From assembly GCA_010093995.1 (NCBI GenBank), contig ML992507.1:202781-266780 (forward strand): a stretch of 64,000 nt of DNA, written 5' to 3'. This document shows, piece by piece, positions 35,691-46,538 of this stretch. The DNA is from Elsinoe ampelina. Its lineage: Eukaryota. Both the position numbers and the translations under genes were made by a program. Numbering within the stretch: position 1 is the stretch's first letter; each line of letters begins with the position of its first letter. The notes beneath the pieces were generated by a model. It did not search any database, was not told where the DNA came from, and saw nothing but the letters and a program-made list of their open reading frames with translations.

Positions 35691-38600
35691 TCATGGTGCG
35701 GTCCGTGCTGTATCACTCTCGACTCCAGCACCCAGATGGGTCATTGACGCCGCCAAATCGCAGCGACCGTCCTGCTCATAAGCTACTGCCAGTGCTTGTC
35801 GTGTCTTGAGTCGAGCCGAGGCATTTTGTATTGGAGCCTTCTCTTCAATACGGTCAATATGCTCCAGCAATTCAATGGCATCTTTGCAAAGTCCTAATGC
35901 CCTTTGAGCTTCTGCTAGCTCGCGCTGGGAGTGTAGACGGGAAGGATGGTCTTCGGGCAGAGTTTGCTTTTGGATCCTGACAACTCTCTGGAGGGTCTCA
36001 AGTGCCAATTTCGATCGCCCAGTCTTGATGTACACACGTGCAAGACTTCGTTGAAGCACTAGTCGCGGTTGGTCCTCGTCCGCCCAGATTTCGCGAGAAG
36101 TATGGCTCACGTAGTCGAGTATTCCCTCCGCGTCCGTGAGCTGGTCAATATCAATGTAGCAATCAGCGAGTTCCCGCTTAGAACTCAGCAAAGAAGGATA
36201 CTCTGGTGCTTGCTGCTGACTTTCAACCCTGATGACTTCCAAGAGCAACTTTATCGCACGCTCCGGCGATTTGGCCTGCTGATATGTCAACGCGAGTTGA
36301 TGCTGAGCTTGTAATCTTGATAAATCGTTTTTTGGAAGATTTGTTGCCGCGATGTCTACTATACTCTTGAGCATTGATATCGCTAGCTCATCTCGTCCAC
36401 AAGATCTGTACATGATTGCCAGCATGTACTCCGAGATGAGTCTCGATTTGTGATTCTCTGGTAGTTTCGCGCTTTTGCTGCGGACTACAGACTCCATCAG
36501 ATTAATCGCCAAATCTAGACGGCCTTGCTTGTCGTGTGCCTCGGCAAGTCGATGCTGGGAGTCGAGCAGTAACAAGCCATCATCAGGAGGTAGAGCGCTT
36601 TCACACTTGCGAACAACACTTTCCAGTATTCTTACGGCATCTGCGGCTTTGCCATTTGCAAGGTGAACGCTTCCTAGGAGGTACTCAAGAGTAAATTGCT
36701 TTTTCGGGCTGGGGCAACAGGACTTCTTGCGGCCGTCACAAATTTCGAAGCAGTGCAAGGCCTCCTTACATTTGCCGTCGTCCAGAAATCGCTGTCCGGC
36801 ATGCAGGACGAAGTCAAATGCGTGTCGTACGGGCTCGTTCTTTGCGTCCTGGAGGACATAGAGCGCATGAGGAAGGTACAAGGTCGTAACGGCTTCTTCT
36901 GCCATCGATAGGCGCGAGAAGATAGAGTCTAAGCGCCGGAGAAATTCCGCACGCTTCTTGCTTGCGTCTTCTCTCATCTTCAGCCATCGTCTCGCAGCGA
37001 CATGCACTAGCCGGTGCATTGTTAGTGTCCTCGGGGTGGAGGTGGAGTCCCGCTCAATGAAGTAGTGTGCAGCGAGCAATCCTAGTGCCGTATCTAAAGA
37101 CAGCCGCTTACCAGGTAGTATCGACTCGGGAATAGCTTGGTGGTTGATGACAGAGATAGAAAGTATCAATTTAGCAGCGTTCCGATCGTATGCGAGAATT
37201 CTATCGAAGGTAGCGAGCCAGGTCCGCATCAGACTTCCGCTGAAGCTTGAATGGCCAGCCCAGAGGTCGACAAGAGCATCTGAAACATCTCTTTCGTCTC
37301 TGTGAGATTTCAATAGAAATCCAGAGTATTCTTCGATGGACCTGTTGCTGCGCTTTGCGCATTTGGCAGCTTGCACGATTGCCAAGGGGATGAAGTCAAG
37401 TTTTTCGACCAGTGCCTGCTGTGCAGAAGTGGAATTGCCGCGTCCTATTGTACCATACACGGACTGCAGAAGGTTCAGGGCTTCGTCGGAGTCCATTTGC
37501 TCGACCTTTAATCCCTCACAACCAAGTTCAACCGCCACTTGGAGATTCTGAGTCGTGATCAGGATCTTGCTATACTTAGTGGACCGGAGGAGATTGGTGA
37601 CAAGCGAGCTACCGGGCACATCGCAGTGATCCTCGTAGACAGTGCATTCGTCCAAGCCGTCTAGTACCACGACCCAATGGCCAGCTGTACTGAGGGATGA
37701 ATAAGTATTCACTGCCTCGTGGATGGTTTTGTATGTATCACTGGTGATGTGATCCGTGTGAAAGCCCAACGCAGTATAGGCTTGATCATAATCCCTGACA
37801 CGTTTGACTGGTACCCACAGGATACGCAGTTCAGGAATGCGGCTCAGCATGTCGTACACGAATGCAAGAGCAATTTGTGTTTTACCGATTCCACCAAGTC
37901 CAACCAATGCAACTCTGTTGTCTTCCTCCGTCTGTTGAAATCTGGCATACAGACTCTTCAGGATACTTGAACGACCGACGAAGTGGCGATTCTGCGCTGG
38001 CGGTACTCCTAGGAGACGAGACTTAGTAGGAAGGATACTGTCTGGCGAATATTAGTAAGTGAGAGAGGCAAGACCGGCAAGCTTTTAATGACTAGCCTTT
38101 CGACTCTCTCTGCGTCATGGAATCTGCTTGATCAGACATTTTCTTCAGAGATTCAAGGACCAGCTTGAACGACTGGTCTTCTGGCCCGGAATATTTGTTC
38201 AAGGTCAAGTGATCTGCGGGTAATTGTATGGAGTCGTATCCGTCAATGTATGCCGATGATTCAGAGACAATCTGTAACCGGTCAGTTGGGGTTGCTTCAC
38301 GATAGCTGAGGGCAACAGACTATGGCACTTGTCCATCCGCCCCATAGGCCGCTTTTAGTCACATCCACTGCGTATTGTTCGAAGAAGCAGTTGACCAAGA
38401 TGGGGTAAGTCTTGATCAAGCTGCAGAATCTTCGATGTTTGTCTCGGAGCACGGTCCCATCATCTTGTAACTCGTCAATGATATCCCTGTGGGAACCCAC
38501 AGGTTGCATGACAGCAGCAAGAAAGGACGCCAGCGGTTGGACTTTGGTGCCTCGCAGAGGCGAACCAAGAAAGATAATTCCAGCCACTAAATTGATCAAT

Positions 38601-39144
38601 GGCTTGAATTTTGCTTCATCGCTCGCGAACAGGAGTGCCTGATGCAATGTAAACATTCATACATTCCGTTCGGACATAGTATAGATGACTGAGAAGGTGT
38701 ACTGAACACCCGCTGCGTAGAATTGGTTGTAAAGGACCTGACTTACCTGCTGAATGACATTGCCCCCCAAGCTATGGCCAATGAATATGATCGGACGACG
38801 ACCATGCTCTTCATGGAAGATGCTGATATTGCGTATCAATAATTCCGCTATCAATGAAAGTCGAGTGACGGGGACATCTTTCCCCAACCACCGCGAATCA
38901 TGGCTGTAAGCGACTACACGCGCTTCGGGTATCCTGCCGGGTAACATGTCTGGATGCTCCAGCCAGTTTACTTCTCGATCTTTGTCCATCCATTTCCAAG
39001 ACCAGTTCCGGTTTGCACCGAGACCGTGTACGGCGAATATGCTTACATAGTCAGCGATGAAAGGATTGCGTGGAAAGGTCTACACTACTCGACTTTGGCT
39101 TCTCCCTCGGGCTCGTATAAGACGTGGTAGGCTGCATTTTCCAT
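35691..39144 (-). CDS. Fungal NLR: N-terminal SesB-like alpha/beta hydrolase + NB-ARC + C-terminal TPR array
   Basis: Spliced N-terminus KVDIFAVHGLG..W..VNWL...ARV...RPIIFIGHSLGG (Ser nucleophile)...GIIFLGSPLRGT...DHLTLNKY. Then RHFVGR, Walker A GLGGIGKT, Walker B WVVVLDGLD, ILITTQ, FIPLAIVQAA, MHRLVH. About 7-8 TPR units of the HPSRLHSQRELA type. Four introns. Confidence 0.88.
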
Positions 39145-39525
39145 TGGAGGTGACAGAGCTATCCTCCAGGAAGTGAGTTGTACATTGCCCAGCGCAAGAT
39201 CGACGAAGACTGGAGCGTACAATAGCGACAGTCGGCTCAAGCGTAAGCCTTGGTGACCTGCGGTCAGATGACTTTGAGGTCTTTCTTCAAAGTCTGCGAA
39301 ACATCAGCTCAGCCATGCCCCAGAAATTTAGGCAAATTAGTGACGGATAGCTGCGCGCTAATGTAGTGACCATAGTATAATGCATTAGTGGGAAGTGATG
39401 TAACATTGTATCTTTTACCGATCCTGCTGCAGCGCGTAGAGCTGTCGTGCTGGCGGCTGATAAAGTCGTTTTCTTCTCGTGTGATCGTATGCGGCATTTT
39501 GAGGTCGTCGTCTTTTCTTGAAGCC

Positions 39526-40497
39526 ATGCCGCCAGTCGCCAGTGGAACGATCTCCATTCCGTTTTCCTCGCGGGTCGCCCTGTGTAATAGAGTGTCCGGC
39601 GATCTCCCCGGCCATCCAGGTTTACAAATTAAAGAGACCGAATCAGCCGACATATGTCCGTCTACTCTCAGCTTTGTTGGGCAGGATTTGGACACAGAGC
39701 AACTGGACTCCGTGGCGCACAAACTTTGGATCTTGACAACGCCCAAGGCTTCCAACATCAGCCCGTTGCATCAGCAGCTTCTCAAGGGTAGGAGGATCGT
39801 TCTTACAGAAGCTGCTCGCCTTCATCTCACTTGGATTCATGACAGAATCTTCATCAAACCACTCCCGGAGTACTTGCTATCACATTCTTTCTGGACACAA
39901 CTCAGCGTCGCTCATGGCGAAGACGACCGAAGACACAAAATCTCCAACTCCGCGAAAGGCATCTTGCGGAGCTACGCGCACTTGATCCGCCACCAGTCTG
40001 ATTTTGAGATTGCAATACGCAAGGAACATCGATTGCTTCCTGCCGATGTGACATGGCCAGACTTCCGCTATTTCGCCCAAGAAGTGGAGGTCATTCAAGA
40101 CTCCCAGGTGGCGGATAGATACAGGTGCGGCGAACTCCGTTTGTCGCGGTTGAACCTCTATGCACCATTCCTATTTGGATGCTTCTACTACGAGCAGATC
40201 CACTGGGAGTACGCGGACTACTTCGCCAGGTTTTTCGGGCCACTCGCTTTCGTCTTTGCTGTGTTGTCAACTACCATAGGGGCGCTGCAATTACGACTGG
40301 CAGCGGACAATGCATCGCCGATAGTCACGGCCAGCCTGCGTTCGGCTTGTCGAGGGGTGAGCTGGTTCATCTTGAGCGTTGTGGCAACAGGTGTAGCAGT
40401 GCTGATTTTCCTATGGCTGTGGATGCTTCTCGACGAAACGATATATGCTGTGCGGTTGCGCTGGAATCACAGAAGGACCAGATGGAGCCTGACATAG
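39526..40497 (+). CDS. DUF6601-like fungal protein with two C-terminal TM helices
   Basis: Motifs LWIL...ISPLHQQLLKGRRIVLTE..LHLTW..RIFIKPLPEYLL..FW, GILRSYAHLIRHQSDF, RYRCGELRLSRLN; two hydrophobic segments (PLAFVFAVLSTTIGALQL; WFILSVVATGVAVLIFLWLWML). Family recognised from memory. Confidence 0.78.
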   Translation: MPPVASGTISIPFSSRVALCNRVSGDLPGHPGLQIKETESADICPSTLSFVGQDLDTEQLDSVAHKLWILTTPKASNISPLHQQLLKGRRIVLTEAARLHLTWIHDRIFIKPLPEYLLSHSFWTQLSVAHGEDDRRHKISNSAKGILRSYAHLIRHQSDFEIAIRKEHRLLPADVTWPDFRYFAQEVEVIQDSQVADRYRCGELRLSRLNLYAPFLFGCFYYEQIHWEYADYFARFFGPLAFVFAVLSTTIGALQLRLAADNASPIVTASLRSACRGVSWFILSVVATGVAVLIFLWLWMLLDETIYAVRLRWNHRRTRWSLT

Positions 40498-40628
40498 CAT
40501 GACTCAATCATAATTCTTCGCACCCCTCTTCTGACTCGCGAGAAGCAGTCCGTCCTTGTGCACGACGATGACATGTCAACACTACTGCCAGAACACGCAT
40601 TCCTGCTCTGTTGACTCTTGCCTGCAGC

Positions 40629-41373
40629 ATGTCTCATTGTCACAGTGAGCATGAGGGGCATGGTCATGATCATGGTCACGACCACAACCACGGTGCTCAC
40701 GACCACACGGATGACATTACTCCTGCTCTACAAAATCACATCTATCAGCAGATCGACTTTAGCGCTATCAATACGCTGAACGAGTCCCAGTCACGCACCG
40801 GCGCCGCTATCTGTCAAAAGGCATGGGACGAACGACTCAATCCAGATCCCGAACTATGCAGCGACGCAGACGAGCAGCTACTGATGCACATTCCGTAAGG
40901 TCCCAAGACATAACCGGCGAAGGACAACTGCTAACAAACCCAGCTTTACCGCCCAGATCCGTCTTCACGCCATGTATATTCGTACCTCACCCACTTCGTC
41001 CGCTCCTCAAACCCTCAAAGTCTTCATCAATCGAGACGATCTCGATTTCTCCACAGCCGCAGACTTGCAACCCATCCAAACCTTCTCGCTCTCACAGACT
41101 TCGGACGTCCAGGAGGTACCCGTCAAAAGAGCATTGTTCAATACTGTACGCTCACTCGACCTCTTCTTCGAGAACAACTGGAGCAACGGTGAAGAGGACG
41201 AGACCAGGATCAGCTACATTGGCTTCAAGGGTGAATGGATGCAGTTGAGCAGAGAGCCAATCAATTTTCTCTACGAAGCGGCGGCGAATCCTGGCGACCA
41301 CAAGATGGTTGCGGGGGTGAAGGGCGAGGTTGGGAGTAGGCTTGGTGGTGCTGGAGGGAGGGATGGCATGTGA
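40629..41373 (+). CDS. PITH domain protein (PITHD1-like) with His-rich N-terminus
   Basis: MSHCHSEHEGHGHDHGHDH; ELCSDADEQLLMHIP/FTAQ; LFFENN; ISYIGFKGEW; YEAAANPGDH; intron 40895..40943. Confidence 0.9.
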
Positions 41374-42488
41374 GGGTGATTGGTATGCCATCTTATACCA
41401 CCACGGACCTCCAATAACATGCAATTGTAATACATGTTACAGTCATGCTAGATCAGACTAGGCCTGGCCAGGAGGTCGAACACGCTCGTACATCAGGTCA
41501 TGGTCTCGAACACGGGCTGCCTGCAGCAATGCCGGTAAAGGACACCACGAGGACTGTGACTGGCAACTGGACACGAGATAGACAGTACAGCCGCCTCTCC
41601 AGAGGCGCGAGCTGGACTGTTGACGTCCTCTCGAGCCTGGTAGCCTCGGCTATGACGAGGGCTTTAACGACTACCCGCACCGTTGAGATCTGATACAAGA
41701 CCTCTTGAGGACCCTGCACTCACTACTCGAAAGGGTCGACCGTGGTACCCCTGGAGCAGACGTCCATGGAATTAGGTCATCCATCACAGAAGGATTCATC
41801 TACAAACTAGAGACCTCGTCAGTGGGATGCAAAAGCAGGCCGTCATCCCGCGGCTGGATCTCGAGATAACGTAGTTATCAGCCTAAGCAATAACCTTGAA
41901 CTGGGAATACGGATGGGACTTCAACTTTGTCAGCAAATGTATGATACTTCATTCACAGCTCTTCGACGTCAAATTGGAGTACACTGCGTCGGGACAGTCG
42001 CTATCGAGTGCTATTGTCGCTGCAGGACCACCGTTGACAACAAGTGTGGTCCAACGGTCTGCGGACCGTCCCTTGACTTGACACCTGACACATGTCTGTC
42101 TTGCTTGGCTGCTGTTAGTCTGTCATTTGTGTTCACCATTTCCGTCAAATACTGCTCGCAGTGAGCACTCATACTCGGATCCGCCTTGAGATTTCTGGAC
42201 TGCTGTCACCTGGTCTCAACATGCTTCACTGAGCTGTGACACATGGGACGCACCTACGACGCCCAGCAGCCGGGAGCGGCATATGTCATAATATCAAAGC
42301 TTTCCGTGAAATGTCTGAATAAGTATGCAGGCAAGTCCGCTACACTATTCCTCGGTCATCGACATATACGTTCCTTGCAGCTTTTCCTTTCGCAGGCTGG
42401 TCCTGTCCCTGTTTTTAATCTTCTTGTCGTTTCACTCTTTGCATTCTCTTATCACGGTGTACTCTCCTAATCACGTTCTACGATCAAT

Positions 42489-43838
42489 ATGCGTGCTACT
42501 ATCATTTTGTCCGCCGCGTTTGCTGGCCTGGTCGCCGCATCGCCAGCTCCTATCCCGCAGGATCTCGACCTCGGCCAGCTAGAAGCTGCGCCCACAGTCG
42601 CTACAGGACCGACAACTGGTGCTTTGAATCAAGATGCCGAAGTCGTCTCGCAGGTCGAGGTGAAGGAGGTCGCGACAGTTGGTTCTTCACGCAGACTCTT
42701 TCGCCGGGGCTGGGATGTCATACCTGGGTACAATAACACCTGGTTCTGCCAAATTTATAAGACCTGTACCACCTCGGCAGCAGCCCCTGCCGCAAAGACA
42801 ACCAAGAAGAAGCATCCGAAGAAGACCACGACAAAACATGTAGCAAAGACGACTCCCATACGAGGTTATGCAGCCACGACACAGAAGCCGTCTGCTAAGA
42901 AGACTGCTGTCGTCCAAACGACCACGAAGAAGGCGAAGAAGCCAAAGAAGACGACCATGGCAACCTCTACTACTAAGAAGACAAAGAAGCCCGCAAAGAA
43001 GACCTCGTCTGTAAAGAAGGCTGTATCGACCAAGAAGACTCGTTCACGCAAGACAGTCAAGACGACTGCTTCATGGGCTTCTCCCATCCAGCGACACACC
43101 TCAGTTGTCTCTCCTGTGATCAGGCACACTTCCTCTACATCTCTTCCCGCCCCAGTCAGCCCGATCATCAGACACACCACCGCCAGCTCCCCAGCATCCA
43201 TCTCACGCGGCATCAAGAACCGCAAAACCACCACCCAACTCCCAGGCTACAACGTAGCGACCGGGTACGGTGCCGCGCCTACCGCTGCCAGCTCTCCCGC
43301 CTCATCATCACCGACCACCCCTTCATCAGCTCCAACAACACCCTCCTCCACCCCTACCACCAACCCCTCGCCCTCCTACGCCACCAACAGCACAACCCCA
43401 GCCTCCCTCACCTCATCCTCGTCCACTACCCCAACCTCCCCCCGCTTCCTCGGCTCAACCTTCATCCCCGGCTCCTACAACCCCCAAGCCTGCAAAGACT
43501 ACGCCTCATCCCACCCCGCCACTGCCTCTGAAACCTGCCCGACCGTCGAGCAGACCACCCCCATCGGTTCGGGCAACACATACACCAGCCAGTCCTCCAC
43601 CAGCCAGTCCTCCTCGAACCAATCCTCCACCAGCCAGTCCTCCTCAAGCCAGTACGCCCGACGAGGGGAGGAGTCCGGCGAGACCAAGTCCGTGCACGCT
43701 TACTACCTGAACAGAAACGGGCAGGGCTTCGGCACCATTTGCGCATTGTACAGTAGACAGGCAGGGGAAGGGGAGGTGTACTCCGACGGGGTGGAAAAGG
43801 GGGACATGTATGAGGTTGTGGAGAGTGAGAGGCTGTAG
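42489..43838 (+). CDS. Secreted Thr/Ser/Lys-rich mucin-like protein with a Cys-containing C-terminal module
   Basis: Signal peptide, SPAPIPQD start, dibasic RR sites, KKxKKTT-rich segment, S/T/P tract, C-terminal YNPQAC...GTICALYS. Confidence 0.78.
   Translation: MRATIILSAAFAGLVAASPAPIPQDLDLGQLEAAPTVATGPTTGALNQDAEVVSQVEVKEVATVGSSRRLFRRGWDVIPGYNNTWFCQIYKTCTTSAAAPAAKTTKKKHPKKTTTKHVAKTTPIRGYAATTQKPSAKKTAVVQTTTKKAKKPKKTTMATSTTKKTKKPAKKTSSVKKAVSTKKTRSRKTVKTTASWASPIQRHTSVVSPVIRHTSSTSLPAPVSPIIRHTTASSPASISRGIKNRKTTTQLPGYNVATGYGAAPTAASSPASSSPTTPSSAPTTPSSTPTTNPSPSYATNSTTPASLTSSSSTTPTSPRFLGSTFIPGSYNPQACKDYASSHPATASETCPTVEQTTPIGSGNTYTSQSSTSQSSSNQSSTSQSSSSQYARRGEESGETKSVHAYYLNRNGQGFGTICALYSRQAGEGEVYSDGVEKGDMYEVVESERL
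43587..43652 (+). repeat. 15-nt tandem repeat (about 4.5 copies) encoding SQSST/SQSSS
   Basis: agccagtcctccacc agccagtcctcctcg aaccaatcctccacc agccagtcctcctca agccag. Confidence 0.8.
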
Positions 43839-44237
43839 GAAGGGAGAGTATACACGGGAGGTGCAGAGAGGAGTGACGCACGAGGTGGACAGTCGTGAGG
43901 GGGAGGGGGAGGGAGAGATGTAGGAGGTGAGGGAGAGGGAGGGGGCGAGGGAGAGGGAGGGATGCAGGCTGCGAGGGCTGCGGGAGGGCGCGGGATGTAG
44001 GAGAGGAGGTTTACGAGTGGATGATTCTTCGCTTGAGGGTTGAGGTTGGAGGGGCTTGGGGGAGGCGGATATGTCGCTGCCAATTTGGACGTGTCACTGT
44101 CAAGTGGGCAGTGAGCGAAGGGAAGCTCTGCTGCATTGCACCGTTAGTAAGACAGACAATTGCATCTGTGCAATTACATCTACACAGAACCATGACTGGC
44201 TTCATATTCGATACCTGTCTCCCCCATCCCCAAGCAC

Positions 44238-46504
44238 CTAAACATACCCCCTCTCCGCAAAACTCGCAATCATCCCCTCCGGCGTCGCCTCATACTCCCT
44301 CAACCCCACCTTCCCACCCTCCTCCAACACCGTGTTCGCCTGCACATACACCTTCCGCGGCTGCGCCCTCCTGAGCACCTCCGGCCTGACCTTCTCCGCG
44401 AACCACTCATCCACCGCGGTGATGCCTTCATACAACTCCTTCCCCGCCTTCAGATCCGCAGTCGCTTTATACACCTGCAGTTTCTGCAAAAACCCCTCCA
44501 CCGCCGGGCGTCCATGGGTGGGGATCTTCGCCGCGTCGATACGGATAGTCAGGTCAGCGATGCTCCCGTCCGCGTTGGCCTTGTGGTCCAAACGGATAAA
44601 CTCCTCGCCCGCCGACAGGAAGACTTTCAGTATAGCGTGGCGCGCCTGCATGTGCGCCTGGCCCCACTTCCGGCTCGTGGGGTCCCAGAACTGGAGCGCC
44701 GCGATGCCGGCGCGGGCCATCTGGAGGTACGCGGCGTGCAGCACCTGGCCTGCGGGGGAGGAGGGGTCTTCTGTGCCGTCGCCTAGCCCGAAGATGGAGA
44801 GGATGCCGTAGTCGCAGCTCAGCGCCATGGCGACGCATTCGGCGCGGCATTCTTCGTAGCTGGGGCCGAGGCCGCCGAAGACGCTGCCCCATGTTTCGCC
44901 CGGTTTGTACCAGGTCGTGATGGGTTTGTTGGTGATGGGGCTGGTGGGAGGGTTGTTGACGTCGAAATTGTACTTTCCCGGTTCCGTCTCTTGGAGTAGC
45001 TTACCACAGCCGTGACCTAGAAGTTCGTGCAGACCGACCTGCACTTCGAACGCCTGGTCGCTGTACTTCTTGTACATGGCCATGTCTTCGTCGCTGATAA
45101 AGGGGACTTTTTCGTCGGGTGGCTTTGCGCTGAGAACGTTGCCTAGGCTGACATTCTTGAAGCCTTCGGTTTGGCGGATGCTGTCGTAGTTGGGGATGTT
45201 GATGCCGGCGGGAATACCGGACCCGGCAAAGGTCAAGACTTCCAGACTCGTAAAGTCGGGGGACAAGAACTTGTCCTTCTCAAAGTCGGCAGACCATGGT
45301 AGTTTTGGGATCTGAGAGGGTGCAGACTCGACCAGCTTTCCAAAAGCCTTTGTTCGTTCCTTGTTGACCATGGCTGCGAACCCCTCCCACTCGCCTCTGA
45401 TACCGTGAGGATCACGATACGTCTCGATGAATCCGATATTGCACTCCACGTTCGGTCCCTTGTCCCGGATCCAGTGACGCTGAGAATCAAGATGCGCCTC
45501 CATCGACCCAGTCGAGAAAGTCTTGACGTACTCGGCCTGCATCTTCGCCTCGTGGTCATTCGCAGCATTCTTCTCCGCCTCTGCCAGATTCTCCGCGATC
45601 TTCGCCATCTCAACCTGATGGTCGCCGTACACCAACTTGAGCGTCTTTCCCGCCAGTTGCCCCTCGAGCTTCCACTCAGTCTGCTTCACGTCCCGATCCT
45701 TCTCATCCGGCGAGGTTTGACCAGACGCAATCAGCAGTTCAAAGTTCCCGTCGTTCGTCTTCTTCAGACGAGTGTTCTCGGGCAGTAGACCTGGTTCTTT
45801 GAGCAGTGTGGCTATAGTCTCGATCTCCTCGGCAGTAATGTCCGGTGAGTCGGGGTAGTAGGTCGACAAATGCCCCTTGTCCGGGTAGCCAAGGTGCATG
45901 CCCCCGGCACTGCTTGTCTCGTACAAAGCCGGTGCACCACCAGCAGCTCCGAGGTGCTTCGCTGCATCAGCGTCTGTCTGGGCGAGGGCGATGAGCTTTT
46001 CTGGAGCCAGACGTGGGATGAACTTGGAGTCGCCAAAGGACTTGTAGTTGCCACCGTTGCCTAGGAATTGGGCCGCGTAGCTGAGGTAGTGCTTGAGGTC
46101 TTCATCGTTCAGGTCAGCCTTCTTTGCGAGGGCTTTGTAGTCGCCTGGTAGTTGTCAGTTTCATGTTTGCGGTCGTGTGATCAAGAGTGACTCTCACCGC
46201 CAGCTGCCTTGTGGAGGGCAATGATAAAGTCGTATATGGGCTCAGATTCAGGGGAGACTTGGCGCAGCACTATCCTTGTGCCACTGAAAGCTGCGCGGCT
46301 GATATAGTGGGCATATCTCTGCTCCTTGGGGGTGAGAGCTTCAAAGTGTGGCTTGATCGAAAGTGGCACGATGGTGGGAGGGTCGTCCGCGAGATACTGC
46401 TGTCGGGTGGATGCATCCATGTTGTGGAGATGCATCTTGGGAATCACGAGTGATGTGACCTTGGGTGTTCGTAAAAGGACACGCTGCAGGGTTCGTGCGA
46501 ACAT
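44238..46504 (-). CDS. Dipeptidyl peptidase III (M49 metallopeptidase); alternative in-frame starts at 46504 and 46420
   Basis: HELLGH and EECRAE zinc motifs, GFIETYRDP, AGINIPNYD; intron ~46196..46146; typical N-terminus MDASTRQQYLADDPPT at 46420. Confidence 0.93.
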
Positions 46505-46538
46505 ATACTGATCACGCCAGCAAGCAGGCAACAAAATG

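Noticed and set aside
39144..39526. Amyloid signalling motif (HET-s, PP or sigma type) in the NLR or its neighbour
   Set aside because: No G/N/Q-rich pseudo-repeat is visible at the NLR N-terminus or at the neighbour's termini.
40629..40706. His-rich N-terminus of the PITH protein as a novelty
   Set aside because: A His-rich leader is a usual feature of PITHD1-like proteins.
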